Assembly (NCBI RefSeq): GCF_009914755.1
Contig: NC_060940.1
Source of the DNA: the human T2T-CHM13v2.0 reference genome, Homo sapiens
Length of the DNA: 64,000 bases
Strand: one strand, 5' to 3'
Position numbers and translations under genes: made by a program. The notes under the pieces are model-generated. The model was not told where the DNA came from, searched no databases, and saw only the letters and a program-made list of their open reading frames with translations. Positions 1 to 21,592 of this stretch are shown piece by piece (the stretch's first letter is position 1; the number at the start of each line of letters is the position of its first letter).

Positions 1-984
1 GAAGCAGCCAGAGAAATCTACCACGACCTAAACCAGCCCTCACACTTAGTCTTCGGCACATGCCAAAGGTGTTCCCTGCGTTAGTCTCCACTGCTGCCGC
101 GCTTCCCTCCCAGCAAGCTCAAGAAAAGCCTGGCCCTGTGTGTATCAACCGCATGGTCCCCCTTTGATCTCTCTGGCCCAGCTGCCGGGCCCTGGCTCGC
201 CACTGGGGAGGCCCTCAGTCCTCTCGCATTGATCCTTCCAGTGAGGCCACGGGAAAGCCTTTGGCACTGGGTGCTGTAGGGCACATGAGCTGGGGTCAGA
301 GCCTTGGACCACCAACTGCAAGGGGTGCTGTGGAGGGCTCTCTGGAGACCCCCACAGCACTGAGGCTCTCGTCCCCCGACCAGGAGTTTCTCCACAAATT
401 GTTCTCCAGGAACTGCCCTTGGCTAAAGCAATGTCACGTCCCAGGCCATGGTCCCTCCCTGGTGGCCCATGTGGAATCACTCGTCAGTGTCATATGAGAA
501 GAATTGTATGCTCAGACCCTGTAACCCAAGGCAGCTGCCTGCTTGCCAGTGTTGTCTCAGAGCCTGTTTGTTGCAGCAACAAAAAGCACAGGCATCTCGG
601 GGGCTTGAAAACTCAGGCTTCTTTCTCGTGTACATCAAGTCCGCTGGGGGTCCAGGAGGTTCCCCAGGGTAGCTGCTGCCAGGGGAGGGCCCACACATGA
701 CCCACGCCAACCCCTGCTTGCCCAGCCATCATGCAGAGGACAGAGGAAGGCGAACCCCAGCAAATAAGGGCTTCCACCAAGAAGCGACACCCATTGCCTC
801 CACTCTGAGCCCACTGGCCTTCCCGAAGTCTAAGACTAGAATTCCTGCCTGTGCATAAAGAACTGGGGATTGGTGAACCGCCATCAGATCTGCCAGATGT
901 TTCAGGAAAGTGAACATTTGTTTACATCTGTGTGGATTGGGCTACCTCCTTCTAGACAGAGCCCGGTCCCCTCAGCCTCACTGC

Positions 985-1520
<536 letters not shown>

Positions 1521-1826
1521 TTGCTCTTTTTATAACAGATATTTTGAATGCCTCCTTTCTACCCTGAAATGAAATCCACAGAAACTATAACTTGCCAATA
1601 CACGGAATTTAAAAAAATCTACACGATACATATTGGATCATACAAGCATGAGAGATAAACTGAAGCAGAAAGGAAGTATGAAAATAAAAACAATTGGCAA
1701 TAAAGCAATATGAATTTCAAGATGTAAATTCTCAGGCACCGCTATGCTAGAAGACATAAAACACGAATGCTGTACTCACATGTAAATTTGCTGTCAACGC
1801 AGCAGGGACAAATGTCAGCAGCATCA

Positions 1827-2318
<492 letters not shown>

Positions 2319-2451
2319 TTAGGTTTTAGGATCAGATAGTTATAAATAGGTTTTTCACCTTTGAAAACTCATACAGGACAATCCTTCATTGTTTAGGACC
2401 TTTTTTCACATCACAGAACATTTAGCCTCCTTTCTCTTACTCCACATCCTA

Positions 2452-2845
<394 letters not shown>

Positions 2846-2997
2846 TTTTAAAAAAGAAAGAAAACCTCCATCCAAGATGGTATTAGCTGTAGTGTTTTCT
2901 AGGCCACCAAAGAAGTGGAAAACATAGAAGGACTTGAGGAGTAGCGTTAGTGACACATTTCAGTGCTAGAGATTCTATACAATAAAGATAAGTGAAA

Positions 2998-3817
<820 letters not shown>

Positions 3818-4174
3818 TTAGAAATAGAGGAATCCCAAGGACATATTGTTTCCTTCTCTGTAGTGGTTGAATAGTGACACCCTCCCCCACCAACGAGTAT
3901 GTTCAAGTCCTAATCCCTGGCACCTGTGGATGTGAACTTATTTGGAAATATCTTCTTTGCAGATGCAATTAAGGATCTCAGGATGAGATCATTCTTGATT
4001 GAAGGTAGAGGCTAAATCCAATGGGTGGTATCCTTATAAAATAAAAGAGAGGGGGGTTTGAAACACAGAGAGACAGAGAAGAAGACCATGAGAAGATGAG
4101 GCAGAGATTGCAGTGACAGAGCTTCAAGTCAAGGAATGCCTGGAGCCACCAGGAGCTAGAAGGGGCAAGGAGGG

Positions 4175-4829
4175 TGTGATGGTTGGTTTTATGTATCAGA
4201 TTGGCTGGGTTGTGGGTACTGAGATATTTGGTCAAACATTATTCCAGGTGTGTCTATGAAGATGTTTCTGGATAAGACTAACATGTGAGTTTGTACACTT
4301 AGAAGAGCAGATTGTCCTCTCCAATGTGGGTGGGTCTCATCCAATAAGTTAAAAACCTGAATAGAACAAAAAGGCTGTTCCTCTCCTGAGAAAGAGAGAA
4401 TTCTTCATACCTGATGGCCTTTGAACTGGGACATGGGTCTGTTCTTGCCTTCATACCAGAACTGACACATGGGGTCTTCCTGGGTCTCAAGCCTGTGGGC
4501 CTTCAGACTAGAACTACACTACCAGCTCTCCTGGGTCTCAGGCCTTCAGACTCAGACTGGAGCATTCACCATCAGCTGTCCTGGGTCTCAAGCCTGTGGG
4601 CCTTCAGACTAGAACTACACCACTAGCTCTCCTGGGTCTCAGGCCTTCAGACTCAGACTGGAGCATGCACCATTGGCTCTCCTGGGTCTCCTGCTTGCCG
4701 TCTCACCCTGCAGATCTTGAGACTTGCCAGCCACTGTAATTGTGTGGCCAAGTCCTTAAGGCACACCTCTTTCTACATATAAATGTACATCCTTTTGGCT
4801 CTGTCTGTTTGGAGAATCCTACTAATACA
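4175..4829 (+). mobile_element. MLT2-family (ERVL) LTR
   Basis: Starts tgtgatggtt..ttatgt; contains atttggtcaaacattatt; ends ggagaatcctactaataca. Confidence 0.8.
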
Positions 4830-4833
4830 GAAG

Positions 4834-5489
<656 letters not shown>

Positions 5490-5660
5490 GAAAGGATGGT
5501 CCCCAAGAGCCCTAGGAGGGAACGTGGCCCTACTGGTACCTTGATTTCAGAGTTCTGCTTCCAGAACGGTGAGAGAATCAATTCCTACTGTTTTCAGCCC
5601 CCAGTGTGTGGGACTGTTCCAGCAGGCCCCAGAACACTCTCACAAAACAAAATCAAACAG

Positions 5661-5990
<330 letters not shown>

Positions 5991-7110
5991 CTATAAATTT
6001 GAGAATGGAGGGGTCTCTAATTTCACAGCATCCCTGGTGGAGAACCCGACTTCCCATCTCCTCCCTGGTCTTCCGAGGAGTAAGAGGGAGGAGTTGATTT
6101 GCTCCCTGAGGAGCAGAACTGGAAGAGGAGGGGAGAGAAGCTGGTCACAGTTGGTCTAATACATTTTGTGTTTATAACAGGCCTGCAGTGAAGACAAGAA
6201 GAGCCTTGGCTAGAGTTCCCACCACGGCTTTAACTGGATGGACGTCTGGGAACACACATCTCCCTTCCCTGGGCTTCCATCTCTTCACGTCTCAGTGAGG
6301 ATGTTGACTAAGCAGATCTCCTGGGCCCCTTTTCCAGCTCAAACCCGTGGGTTCTCTGACCACTGGAGTCAGAGCACAGGCCTCTGATGGAGATACGATG
6401 TCACAGAGAGGTGTCTGGCCCAGAAGACCCCAGCGTCAAGCTCCAAGCTTCTGCTCCAAGTCAGCCTGGAACAGAATCCTGGAGAGGGCGGGTGGACCTT
6501 CAAGGAGGAGGCAGCTCCCGTCACTGGGCTGATGCGCCTGCCCAGAGGCCTCCACAGGAGGAGCCTGCAGGGTGCGGGCCACCCCCAGGCTGAACTGCTC
6601 TCTCACACGGTCTGAACTGGAAAGGGCCTGAGACCTTCAGCGGACGAGAGCCACCCCTCACCAGGGAGCCAGTTCCTCCACCCCCACCTGGGTGCCCTGC
6701 AGGTCCCTCAGAGACCAATGACCACCTAAGAGGCTGTGGCTACAGCTGTTTCCTGGCTGTTTCCTCTCAACTTGAGAAAGTCCCATGAAACAGAGCAGAC
6801 CTGGCGCTGTTTAGGGGGCGGCCGCCAGTTACAGCGCAGTTCCTCTCCCGGGCTCCAGGACCTTTCCAGGAGCTTCCACCCCGGTTCCGCTGCTTCCTGC
6901 CTCACACAATGACCTGGTCCCCTCCATCCATCTGCCATCTGCACACACTGAAATCCATGGGTCCCCAAGCTCCTGCCACGGCACTTCTGCCATGAGGCCT
7001 CCCAGGATGACCCCTTAACTCCATCTTTCCAGGAAGACACCTGCTTAGTCAATTCCACAGCACCTGGACAGACACACGCTCCGTCAGTCACAGAGAGCAG
7101 CCCTTGCTGT

Positions 7111-7550
<440 letters not shown>

Positions 7551-9708
7551 CCTGTTTCTCTGTGGGCATCTGCTGCCTCTTGCAGCCTGACCGTTATGCA
7601 CTATGATACCCGCAGAGGCTGTTTCCTTTTTCTTCTTTCAAAATGTGTCTCCTCATAGCCCATGCAGCACCAGGAGCGAGGGAGAGAAGGAAGAAAGTGG
7701 CCGAGGGGCACCGACCCCATCCCTCCACAGCACACCCTTCACAGTGGTCTGTGCTGTCACTCTCTGGGTGTTCGTCTGCCTGATGAGGCTGGCAGCTCCC
7801 AGAACGCACTGGTGGGGGTTCATTCATTCTGGGACCCTCCAGTTCCTGGTACAGGGCCCTGCATCAGATCACACCACCCAGTCCACATAGCACGGGATGG
7901 GGCAGAGATGACCACACACTTCATTCACCCTCCTTGTGTCATACGATTCTGGAAGAGTAGAATCCAGTGGCAGTGACACTGTGCCAATTCCAGGCCAGGC
8001 CCCAGGAGGCTGGCAGCTCCTACATCCCTTCTTCCCTTCTCTCAGAACAGTCACTCTGGAGCAAGGAGCTTCCACGTGAGAAACCCCACTACCCTCAGAC
8101 TGCCAGGTGATGGGGAGCTCCAGGCAAGCCCCATGGAGCCCGCGTAGAGAGACAGTTGCCTAACTAGCCCCAGGGGTTCCAGCCCTCCCAGTGAGGGGCC
8201 AGACACGTGGACAAAGAAGCCTTGAGAGGACTCTAGACTCAGCCACCACCTGACTGCAAGTGCATGGGAGACCCTGCACAAGAACCACCTGGCTGAGCCC
8301 AGCCTGTCCCAGACTCATGAGCTGCTACACTATTGTCCTAAGCCATTACGTGTTGAGCTGATTTGTTCTGCAGCAATAGATAGCCCAAGAAGTGGCTTGG
8401 TGAGGACCAAAACAGGCTCCCACTCTAGGGGGGACGCATTGTTAAACAGCACTCCCTCTGGGCTGACACAGTCCACAGGAGGCTAGTGGACACCACCTCT
8501 GTGCAGGGAAGCAGAGGCCCCATCTTTGAGCTGGAGGAGGCCCAGCCAGAATGCACAGGGTGCCCATGAGTCGCAGGCTGGCGCCAGGTGCTTTTGTACA
8601 GTGAACAAACTGTGCAACTGTATGTGGTGGCCCTTCCTAGAGCTCTCATTGCAGACAGGAGGCAGGAAGAGTCTGATGAGAGCTCCATCACCGTCCTTCA
8701 CAGTATCCTTACTGACTTTCATCCGCCCAGTCCACAGAGGGGCCCCTTGCTCATGCTGGGGAACTCAGTGCAGCAGGGACCTGGCAGAATGCTCAGGCGA
8801 AGGGAGGTGGGGTGCCAGGAGACCATGGAGAAGGGCGCTGGCTGGGCTTGGCAACACACGGGTCAGGACCTGACTCTACTTCCCGGGCACAGGGCTGCAG
8901 TCACTGCTTGTCCCAGCCTTGTTCGCCCGACCAAGCTCTTTTGAAGTTCAATGCCAGGAACATTAACAAGTGTGCTGATCTGGAACTGAGTGCTGCCTGA
9001 CCCCCATCTTTGGCTCTTCTGCCCCGGATGCACCTACCCCACTCCCTGGTATCCCTGCCTGTCCAGAACTGCCTGGTGTCATTATCCAGCCCTGCCCCGC
9101 CCAACCTGAAGGGATTTGCCTCCCAGCCTCCAGATTCTCTCTCTGCTGTGTCCACCCTGTTCTGGGCCCGGGGGCCTCTCTTGCCTTCAGGGGCCTCTCT
9201 TGCCCACGGGGGCCTCTCTTGCCCACTGTGGCTTCCAACTGGGTTTGTGGCTGGATTTTCTTCCCCAGCTCCCCACTGGAGCTCTGCTGTGGGGCATGCT
9301 TCTCCAGGAAGGCCAGCAGCCCCTCCCTGTTGCAGGGATCTCGGGACCTTCTGGGCCCTCCCTGTCCTCCCTGAGCTCGGGGTCCCTGGTCCTGCTCTCT
9401 CGAAGCCTCGGTTTCCTAGGCCCTTCCCACACTGGCGAATACTCTCTGTATCCCACCCTCCTCCCCACCACGTTCCCACCACGACCCTGCCTGAGGAGGG
9501 TCGAAAAGAAAACAACATGGCTTTGACTGCTGTCCTGAGGCTTCCCGGGATGACCCCTCGACTCCACCTTTCCAGGAAGGCACCTGCTTAGTCAAACACA
9601 TAGCACCTGGACAGACACTTTATCCCATATCTTGGGGTCTGATGGGCAGGGGCAGCATGTGGAGAGAGAGGGCGGATGGGCCGTCATCCTTCCTTCCCCA
9701 GAGGCTGA

Positions 9709-10565
<857 letters not shown>

Positions 10566-12259
10566 GGGCCCTGTGTTTTGATACCTGAGAAGGTGCAGCT
10601 CACCTGGTTCTGGAGTTTAATTGGACCCTGAGTTCTCCCAGTGGAAGTCTGAGAAGGCCAAGCTGAGCTCGATGGCTGTCAGAATCCTCATTTACATTGG
10701 ATGAACAGGGCGCAGTTTCCCCTGCTCCGGAGGATGGTGGGGTGAGGTGGGAGCCCAGCCTGGGGGAGTGGGGGCAATAGAAGCTGTGGGAGCAGCAGCC
10801 CCCCAGGGGCCAGGACCACGAAGCCTCCAGGGACGAGCAAGGAGGCCGCAGAGGGCCAGGCATCAGAGTGGAGAGCAGACGCACAGGACACCCAGAGAGG
10901 CCCCTGCCCCCTACCTCGCCCCCTCCAAGAACATGCTCTTCCAGTGAAGTCACTGCAGCCCCACTCCCTCCCCACACGGAGGAGGAGGCAGCTTTAGGGT
11001 ACCTAGGACACGAAGGTGACCAAGACACACCACTGTGGTCAAGGGGCGTGTGGCTGAGGACGACATCTGTCAACCTCCCTTACCATGACTCACGTTCAGA
11101 AATCCACAGACATACGCATACATGTGTCGGAAACAAAAGTGGCACCGACAGTTCTCTCAAAGGAGCCGTGTTCTGCGCAGACACCCGCAGCCCCTGTCCA
11201 ACATACAGCCAGGTAAAGCTGCAGCCGGGCCTCCCGGCACCCCAGGCCCCTCCCTTTGCAGCCGGGGCACGGCCCACAGCTCTTTAAAAAGCCCACTGCC
11301 TTACATCCCCACGCTGTCCTGCAGAAGACTGCAGTCAGGTCTTCTGCCTCCCAGAATCATTTCCCCAGCAGCCCGGCGGCGCCCACCCAGCCCCAACGGG
11401 GCCTGTCCTGGGAGGTGCCTGCAGGGCGGCTCTTGTTTTCTTTCCCACTTCTGTGCCCACGTGCATTTGTAAGGGCTCCGGGAGGAGGGGGCTTCCCTTT
11501 TCTGTGGGTCTCTTTCAGGTCCTCCTTCCACAGAGCTACACAAGGCCCCACTAATTGCTCTAATTGCCTTGCCGCCACCTGGTGCAGATGCAGCCGCCTT
11601 TCCAAACGGAGCTGCCGGGCAGGGCTGTAACTCATACTTCCTGCTTGAATCATGTCTGCCTCTTACATCAGCCACCAGCCTCTTTTTCATCCAGCATGGG
11701 AGGGTGCAGCTGGGGCAGAGCTGCCGTTGATGTAAAGTCACTAAGCCCTGGGGGCTGGGTTCATGAGTGGGATGGGAATGGAGGTGCCCCGGGGGCTCCT
11801 CTTTCTCTCCAGAACATGCTGCACCCTTTGTGGGCAGGTTGGCACCTGTACAATTGGAGATAATGGGTGTCATACGGTCCAGTTGCTCCTCTGAGCTGCT
11901 CTGACACGCACCTGCCCTCACCTGGGACACGGCAGGCTCCCCTGTGAGCCACCCCTGGAGGCGCGGTTCCTGGAAGCAGGGAGGGAGGAGGGCAGGGAGG
12001 TTGGGGTGGGGCCCTTTAAGGAGTCAGCCCTGCCCTTTAATCCTCACAGGGACGATGGGAGCCAGGATGGCTGCCAGCGTTTCGAGATAACGCCAGCCAT
12101 GCAGGGCCTGGAAGGGGGAGCATCACCCAGGCACCTCACAGAGCACACATATGCAAAGCCACACGGTCCACACCCCAGCAGACACGGGAGAGAGGCTTCG
12201 CACCACCAGCTCCCAGTGATGATGCTGCCTGCCTGCAGCCTGGTGTTTGCAGCTGGACT

Positions 12260-12975
<716 letters not shown>

Positions 12976-14064
12976 GGGCTGGGAGAGACAGTGCTGCCAT
13001 CGATTGCTTATGTCTGCCACTGGTGCAGACAGGGTGGTGGTGATGCCTGCAATCCTAATCCCACCCGGCAGACTGTCCTGAATGTATAACCCATCTCACC
13101 TCCCACTGTTCTCTCTGGGACCTTCACACCTATAGTCTCCTTTGCTCTGTGAGCTCCAGGTTGAGGAGAGGTGCTTGGACCTGGGCCACCATGTTGCACA
13201 ACTGCGTAGGTTCTGCAACATGTTGGCCTCCTTTGGATTGTTGTTGTCTTGAGGATGGTTTTTATACAGGCCGGGAGTTGAAATCTCAAAGAGCTACAGG
13301 GCCCAGACCCAGGAAAGAGATGAGTGAAGTGGGCAGGTGGGAATGATGGTTAAATGCAGAGGCGTGCCACAACCAAGGGGCAACAGCCTTCAGCCCCCGC
13401 CACTTCCAGGCTCTGAGGATGGTGAGCCCCAGATTACTAAATCTTTCATTTTTTTAAAAGGAAGTAAAAAATGTGTTTTTCTTTTTTAAATGTGAAATTG
13501 GCCGGGTGCACCTTGACCTCCAAAACTGCTGGGATTACAGGCATGAGCCATCACACCTGGTCAGGAATCTGTTTTTTAAAAGATTTTAAACAATGTTCTT
13601 TATCTTGATAGGGATTCGGGTTGCCAAGTGTATGTGTCTGGCAAAACTCATGAAGTGGTGCCTCGTAGGTAGTTTGCTTCAGTGTATGTGACTGTACACA
13701 AAGAAGAAAGAAGGAAGGGGTGGAAGGAAAGGAGAAAGGGAAAGAGAGGACCATAAACCAATGCTGAACACTAGTTGAAGCCCAAGTCCAGTATGATTTC
13801 CAGAGGTTTCCCTAACACCCGCTATCCCATAACTCAACCATTTTACCATGTCCTGTGCCACTGGTATTCTTTTTTTTTGAGACAGAATCTCGCTCTGTCA
13901 CCCAGGCTGGGGTGCAGTGGCATGATTTTGGATCAACCTTGTCAGCGGGGTCCCCGCAGGAGATCTGAGCACAAGTTCCTTCTGGGAGCAGGGAGGTGCA
14001 TAGGCACCTGGATCATCATTTCCGCTTCTGGGGTGGCAATTCTCCTAGAACCTGTTCACAGCTG

Positions 14065-14500
14065 TGGCATTCGTGTCCTGGAACTGCTATCATTAGCTTC
14101 CACAAAACAGGTGGCTCTAACAACAGAAACTGAGGGTCCTGCAATCCTGGAGAACTAAAGTCCAAAATCAAGTTGTCAGCAGGGCCTGCTCCCTCCAGAG
14201 GCTCTAGAGGAGGCTCCTTCCTTCCTCTTCCGGCTCCTGGTGGCCCCCAGAGTCCCTTGGTGCCTGGCTGCATCGCTCCAATCCCTGCCTTCCCCCTCAC
14301 ACAGTCTCTCCTCTGTGTCTGTGTCCAAATTTCCCCCTTCTTATAAGGACACCTGGCATTGGGTTCAGGGACGGCCCCTCGGTAAGTATGACTCATCTTA
14401 GATAATCACATCCGCAAAGACCCTGTTTCCAAACAGAGTCACATTCACAGATACCGGGGTTAGGACTCGAGCATATTGTAGGCTGCAACTCACCCACACA
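14065..14500 (-). mobile_element. MLT1-family LTR
   Basis: Motifs aagtccaaaatcaag..gcagggcc and cttcttataaggacacc..catctgcaaagaccctgtttccaaa. Confidence 0.72.
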
Positions 14501-14570
14501 GCTGTAGAGAAGCACAGCCACTCCCAAACCATGGGCAGGGGCAGCAGCGTGCACACTGAGCACTCTTTCG

Positions 14571-14865
14571 TTTTTTTTTTTCTTTTGAGACAGAGTCTTG
14601 CTCTATTGCCCAGGTTGGAGTGCAGTGGCATGATCTCAGCTCACCACAACCTCCGCCTCCTGGGTTCAAGTGATTCTCCTGCCTCAGCTTCCCAAGTAAC
14701 TGGGACTGCAGGCACGCACCACTACACCCAGCTAATTTTTGTATTTTTAGTAGAGACGGGGTTTCACTATGTTGGCCAGGCTGATCGCGAACTCCTGACC
14801 TCACGATCCACCTGCCTCGGCCTCCCAGTGTGCTGGGATTACAGGCGTGAGCCACTGCGCCCGGC
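14571..14865 (-). mobile_element. AluS
   Basis: Alu consensus. Confidence 0.9.
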
Positions 14866-15472
14866 CAGCGCTCTGTTCTTTCTCCAATGGCCCCACTGCA
14901 ATTCCCTGGACAAGAGAGCCCCTGAAGCAGGCTGTAGGGCTCAGGCCGCGGCACAGAGATGGGCAGAGGGAGCCCAACAGCTGTGAGTGGGAGGGGGCAG
15001 CTCTGCCCCACACACCCCTCCCTCAGAAGAGCCAGAAGAGAGAAAATGGTCTCCTCCCACGTGGGGTCTTTGAAGCAGCCCACAGGTGCTGGTGACTCTG
15101 GCCGCAGCGTGGTTGCCTGCAGGACTGTCCCCAGGCCCTGGAGACCCACCTTCTCCTCTCAGCCAGCACCCTCGGCTTTGCCCAACCACAGTAAAGCTCC
15201 AAATTCCCCAATTCTCTGAGTACTTTGATGCAAAACTGCCAAATGGGGAAGTGATTCTGCTGAGGTAATGAGCACCTGGGGCTGGGACGGAGCAGCATAG
15301 AGGGATGGGTGTGATCGGGGGGGCCCCTGCACCCCACTGCAGCCCCAGGTGGACCTTGGGTGGCAGCAGAGCCTCTTCTGCTGCAGGAAGAAGTCAGGTC
15401 CTTTCACCTAAAACCTGTCATGAGCTCGGGCGGCTCCAGTGCTGGGCGCCGATTAGAAAACAAGCCAGGGAA

Positions 15473-15776
15473 GGCCAGGTGCAGTGGCTCACGCTTGTAA
15501 TCCCAACGCTTTGGGAGGCCGAGGTGGGCAGATCACCTGAAGTCAGGAGTTCGAGACCAGCCTGGCCAACATGGTGAAGCCCCCATCTCTACTAAAAATG
15601 CAAAAATTAGCCAGGCATGGTAGCACACGCCTGTAGTCTCAGTTACTCAGAAGACTGAGGCAGGAGAATTGCTTAAGCCCGAGAGGCGGAGGTTGCAGTG
15701 AGCAGAGATCACACCATGCACTCCAGCCTGGGCAACAGAGTGAGACTCCAACTCAAAAAAAAAAAAAAAAAAAAAA
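15473..15776 (+). mobile_element. AluS
   Basis: Alu consensus with A tail. Confidence 0.9.
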
Positions 15777-15777
15777 G

Positions 15778-16755
<978 letters not shown>

Positions 16756-17651
16756 CTAGAGAGTTATTTATAAGTGCACAGTGATAATGAATGTTCAGTC
16801 ACATCAAACGTTACATTGTCTTTACATCTTCTCATAGGGAACGTTGAAACATTTTGCGATAGCTTGAATTCAAACCATCGCACTCACAGCACCGCTACAT
16901 GTCTCCAGCCTCACCTGGGGAGTGAGCAAATGCCAGACACCCTCCTACGGAGCTATTCTCTGAACCCTCCACACAGGCCCGGCTGGGCTGCTCCGCTCCG
17001 GGCCGAGAGAGTGATTGATAAGCTGCCGCTGTGTGATTGCAGCCTTTGAAGCAAGAGGCAGCAGAGACCAGGTGATGAGTGAGTTGGGAAAACATGGGGA
17101 AAATGAACGGATGGGCCCGGGAGGAAGCACTTGCCGCAGGAAGCCACCCCCAGCCCAGGCTGCTGGGGCCTGAGACACTGAACAGAGCTGCTGTTTGCCA
17201 AGCATTCTGGTTACACTTTTGTTGTGGGATCTGTTACCTGGGGGCGGTTGCCTGGCTACTGCCAAGACAGGAACATGTGTCCCTTGTGACATCTGGACCT
17301 GAGCCATCTCAGTGTGGAAGTCATGGCCAGAGAGGTTTCTGGAACCTGAGACCTTGACTATTACCCTACCCTATCTCTCTTTCTCCTGGCGACCTGGAAT
17401 CCCAGGTTGCAAAGGGTCTTACAGGTGTCTAACCCAAACCCATGGCCTCTACTAAACTTTGACTCTGCTCTGTGGCCCCCAGCGGCGGCCCCAAGGTCTC
17501 CTTCCATCCTCACCCATCCTTGGTTGGTGAACACGAACCCTCTCATAGACCCACAGGGAAAGCCTTGTAGGTCCTGCAGCGGCTGCTCCCAAGACAGTCT
17601 TTGGGTTTTCTTGACACTGTTTTCTTCTCCTCCAAAGAGATTCCCCCTTAG

Positions 17652-19935
<2,284 letters not shown>

Positions 19936-20084
19936 TAATGCAGACTTTTTAAGTGTGATGTACATGCCCTAAGTGTCCACCGTTTGATGAATTTCACAAA
20001 GGGGCCATTGCCGTGTACCCAGCACTAAGGATGAGAATCAGAGTGAGGCCCCACACAGAAGTCCCTCGGTTAGAACCCTTTTCC

Positions 20085-20490
20085 GTCATGTGCCACGCAG
20101 AAGAGGCCATCCCCCAAAATGCACACCCACCTGGAACTCCAGAATGTGGCCGTGTTTGGAAGCAGGGTCTTTGCAGATGGAATGAGCTAGGATGAGGTCA
20201 TGCTCATCTTAGTGTGGTAGGTGGGCCCTAAATTCTACGACTAGGCCCTTTTAAGGGGAGGGAGAGGGAGATACACACATGCAGGGGAGAGGTTGTGTGA
20301 AGGCCAAGGCTGAGACCAGAATGGTGCAGCCACCCACCAGGGGAGTGCAAGGACCCTCCCCAAGAGCCCTCAGAGGGAGCACAGCCTTGCTGTCACCTTG
20401 ACCCCAGACATCTGCCTCCAGAACTGGGACAGTGCATTCCTGTTCTCTCAGCCACCCCGTTTGTCCATTTGTGGTGGATGTAACTGCAGC
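20085..20490 (+). mobile_element. MLT1-family LTR
   Basis: Motifs gtttggaagcagggtctttgcagatg..ggtgggccctaaat and tctgcctccagaactgggacag. Confidence 0.68.
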
Positions 20491-20765
20491 CAGAGGGCAC
20501 TCACACTGCCCCATGGCCACATAGCTGCTGGCCAACAGAAGGGAGGAACAGCTGTGGGCTCCCTCTGACCAAAGGCAAGCTGTGGGCTCAGCAGACAGCC
20601 GCCGGCAGCCAGCTGAGGACAGCAAGGCTCAGGGTTCGCACCATCTGGGCCACACCCCTCAACGTCCACTCCAGACCTGGACCAAGCCAGGCAGCCAGCA
20701 ACTCCCACCCTGAGCAGCTCCTGGAAGGGACGGGAGCTGTGACAGCCACAATAATAACATTCATC

Positions 20766-21065
20766 GGCTGGGCGTAGTGGCTCATGACTGTAATCCCAGC
20801 ACTTTGGGAGGCCGAGGCGGGCAGATCACCTGAGGTCAGGAGTTCGAGATCAGCCTTGCCAACATGGTGAAACCCCATCTCTACCAAAAATATAACAATT
20901 AGTAGGGCATGGTGGCATGCGACTGTAATCCCAGCTAATAGGGAGGCTGAGGGACAAGAATCGCTGGAACCCAGGAGTCAAGGGCTGCAGTGAGCTGAAA
21001 TTGCACCACTGCACTCCATCCTTGGCGACAGCAAGACTCTGTCTCAAGTAAATAAATAAATAAAT
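20766..21065 (+). mobile_element. AluS with (TAAA)n tail
   Basis: Alu consensus. Confidence 0.9.
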
Positions 21066-21592
21066 ACAACATTCTTCGCAGCCCACCATTGTTGGAGGTG
21101 TCCTAGGTACCCGGCTTCCTGCTCAAAGCTGCAGGCAAAGTGTTGGGGTCATACAGGACTTGCCCCAGAACAGGAAACCCAAGTCAAACTGTGGAAGCTG
21201 TGAGGACATCTGTTGGTTTCTGCAACTGGACGTCTGGAGGGAGTGTGAACTTCCGGTGGCATCTGCTTCTCCCTTCCACTCCTGGGGCTCCAGCATGGTG
21301 GGCCTCTCTCAGGATGGGCTGGAGCACCGGCAGCTTCAGGCCTCAGGGGCCTTCGGCAACGTCCAGAGGAAGGAAACTGCCTCTTTCAGGAGCCTGTGGC
21401 ACTAAGAGGAAGCCTTCTGCAGATGCAGCCAGCAGGCTTCCCCACGGACCCCAGAGGCACAGCTGCTCCTGCCGGGAAGGGGTGTAAGTTCAACCACGGA
21501 GCAGCCACAGCCCTGCAGCAGCTGTGGGCTTGAGCTCCCCAGAAGCGCCTGGGATCAGGAAGGTGCGGTGGCTCCTGGAGTGCTGATGGGTG

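Noticed and set aside
15226-15234. TGATGCAAA ATF4-like motif downstream of the gene
   Set aside because: A single 9-mer with no supporting context; expected by chance.
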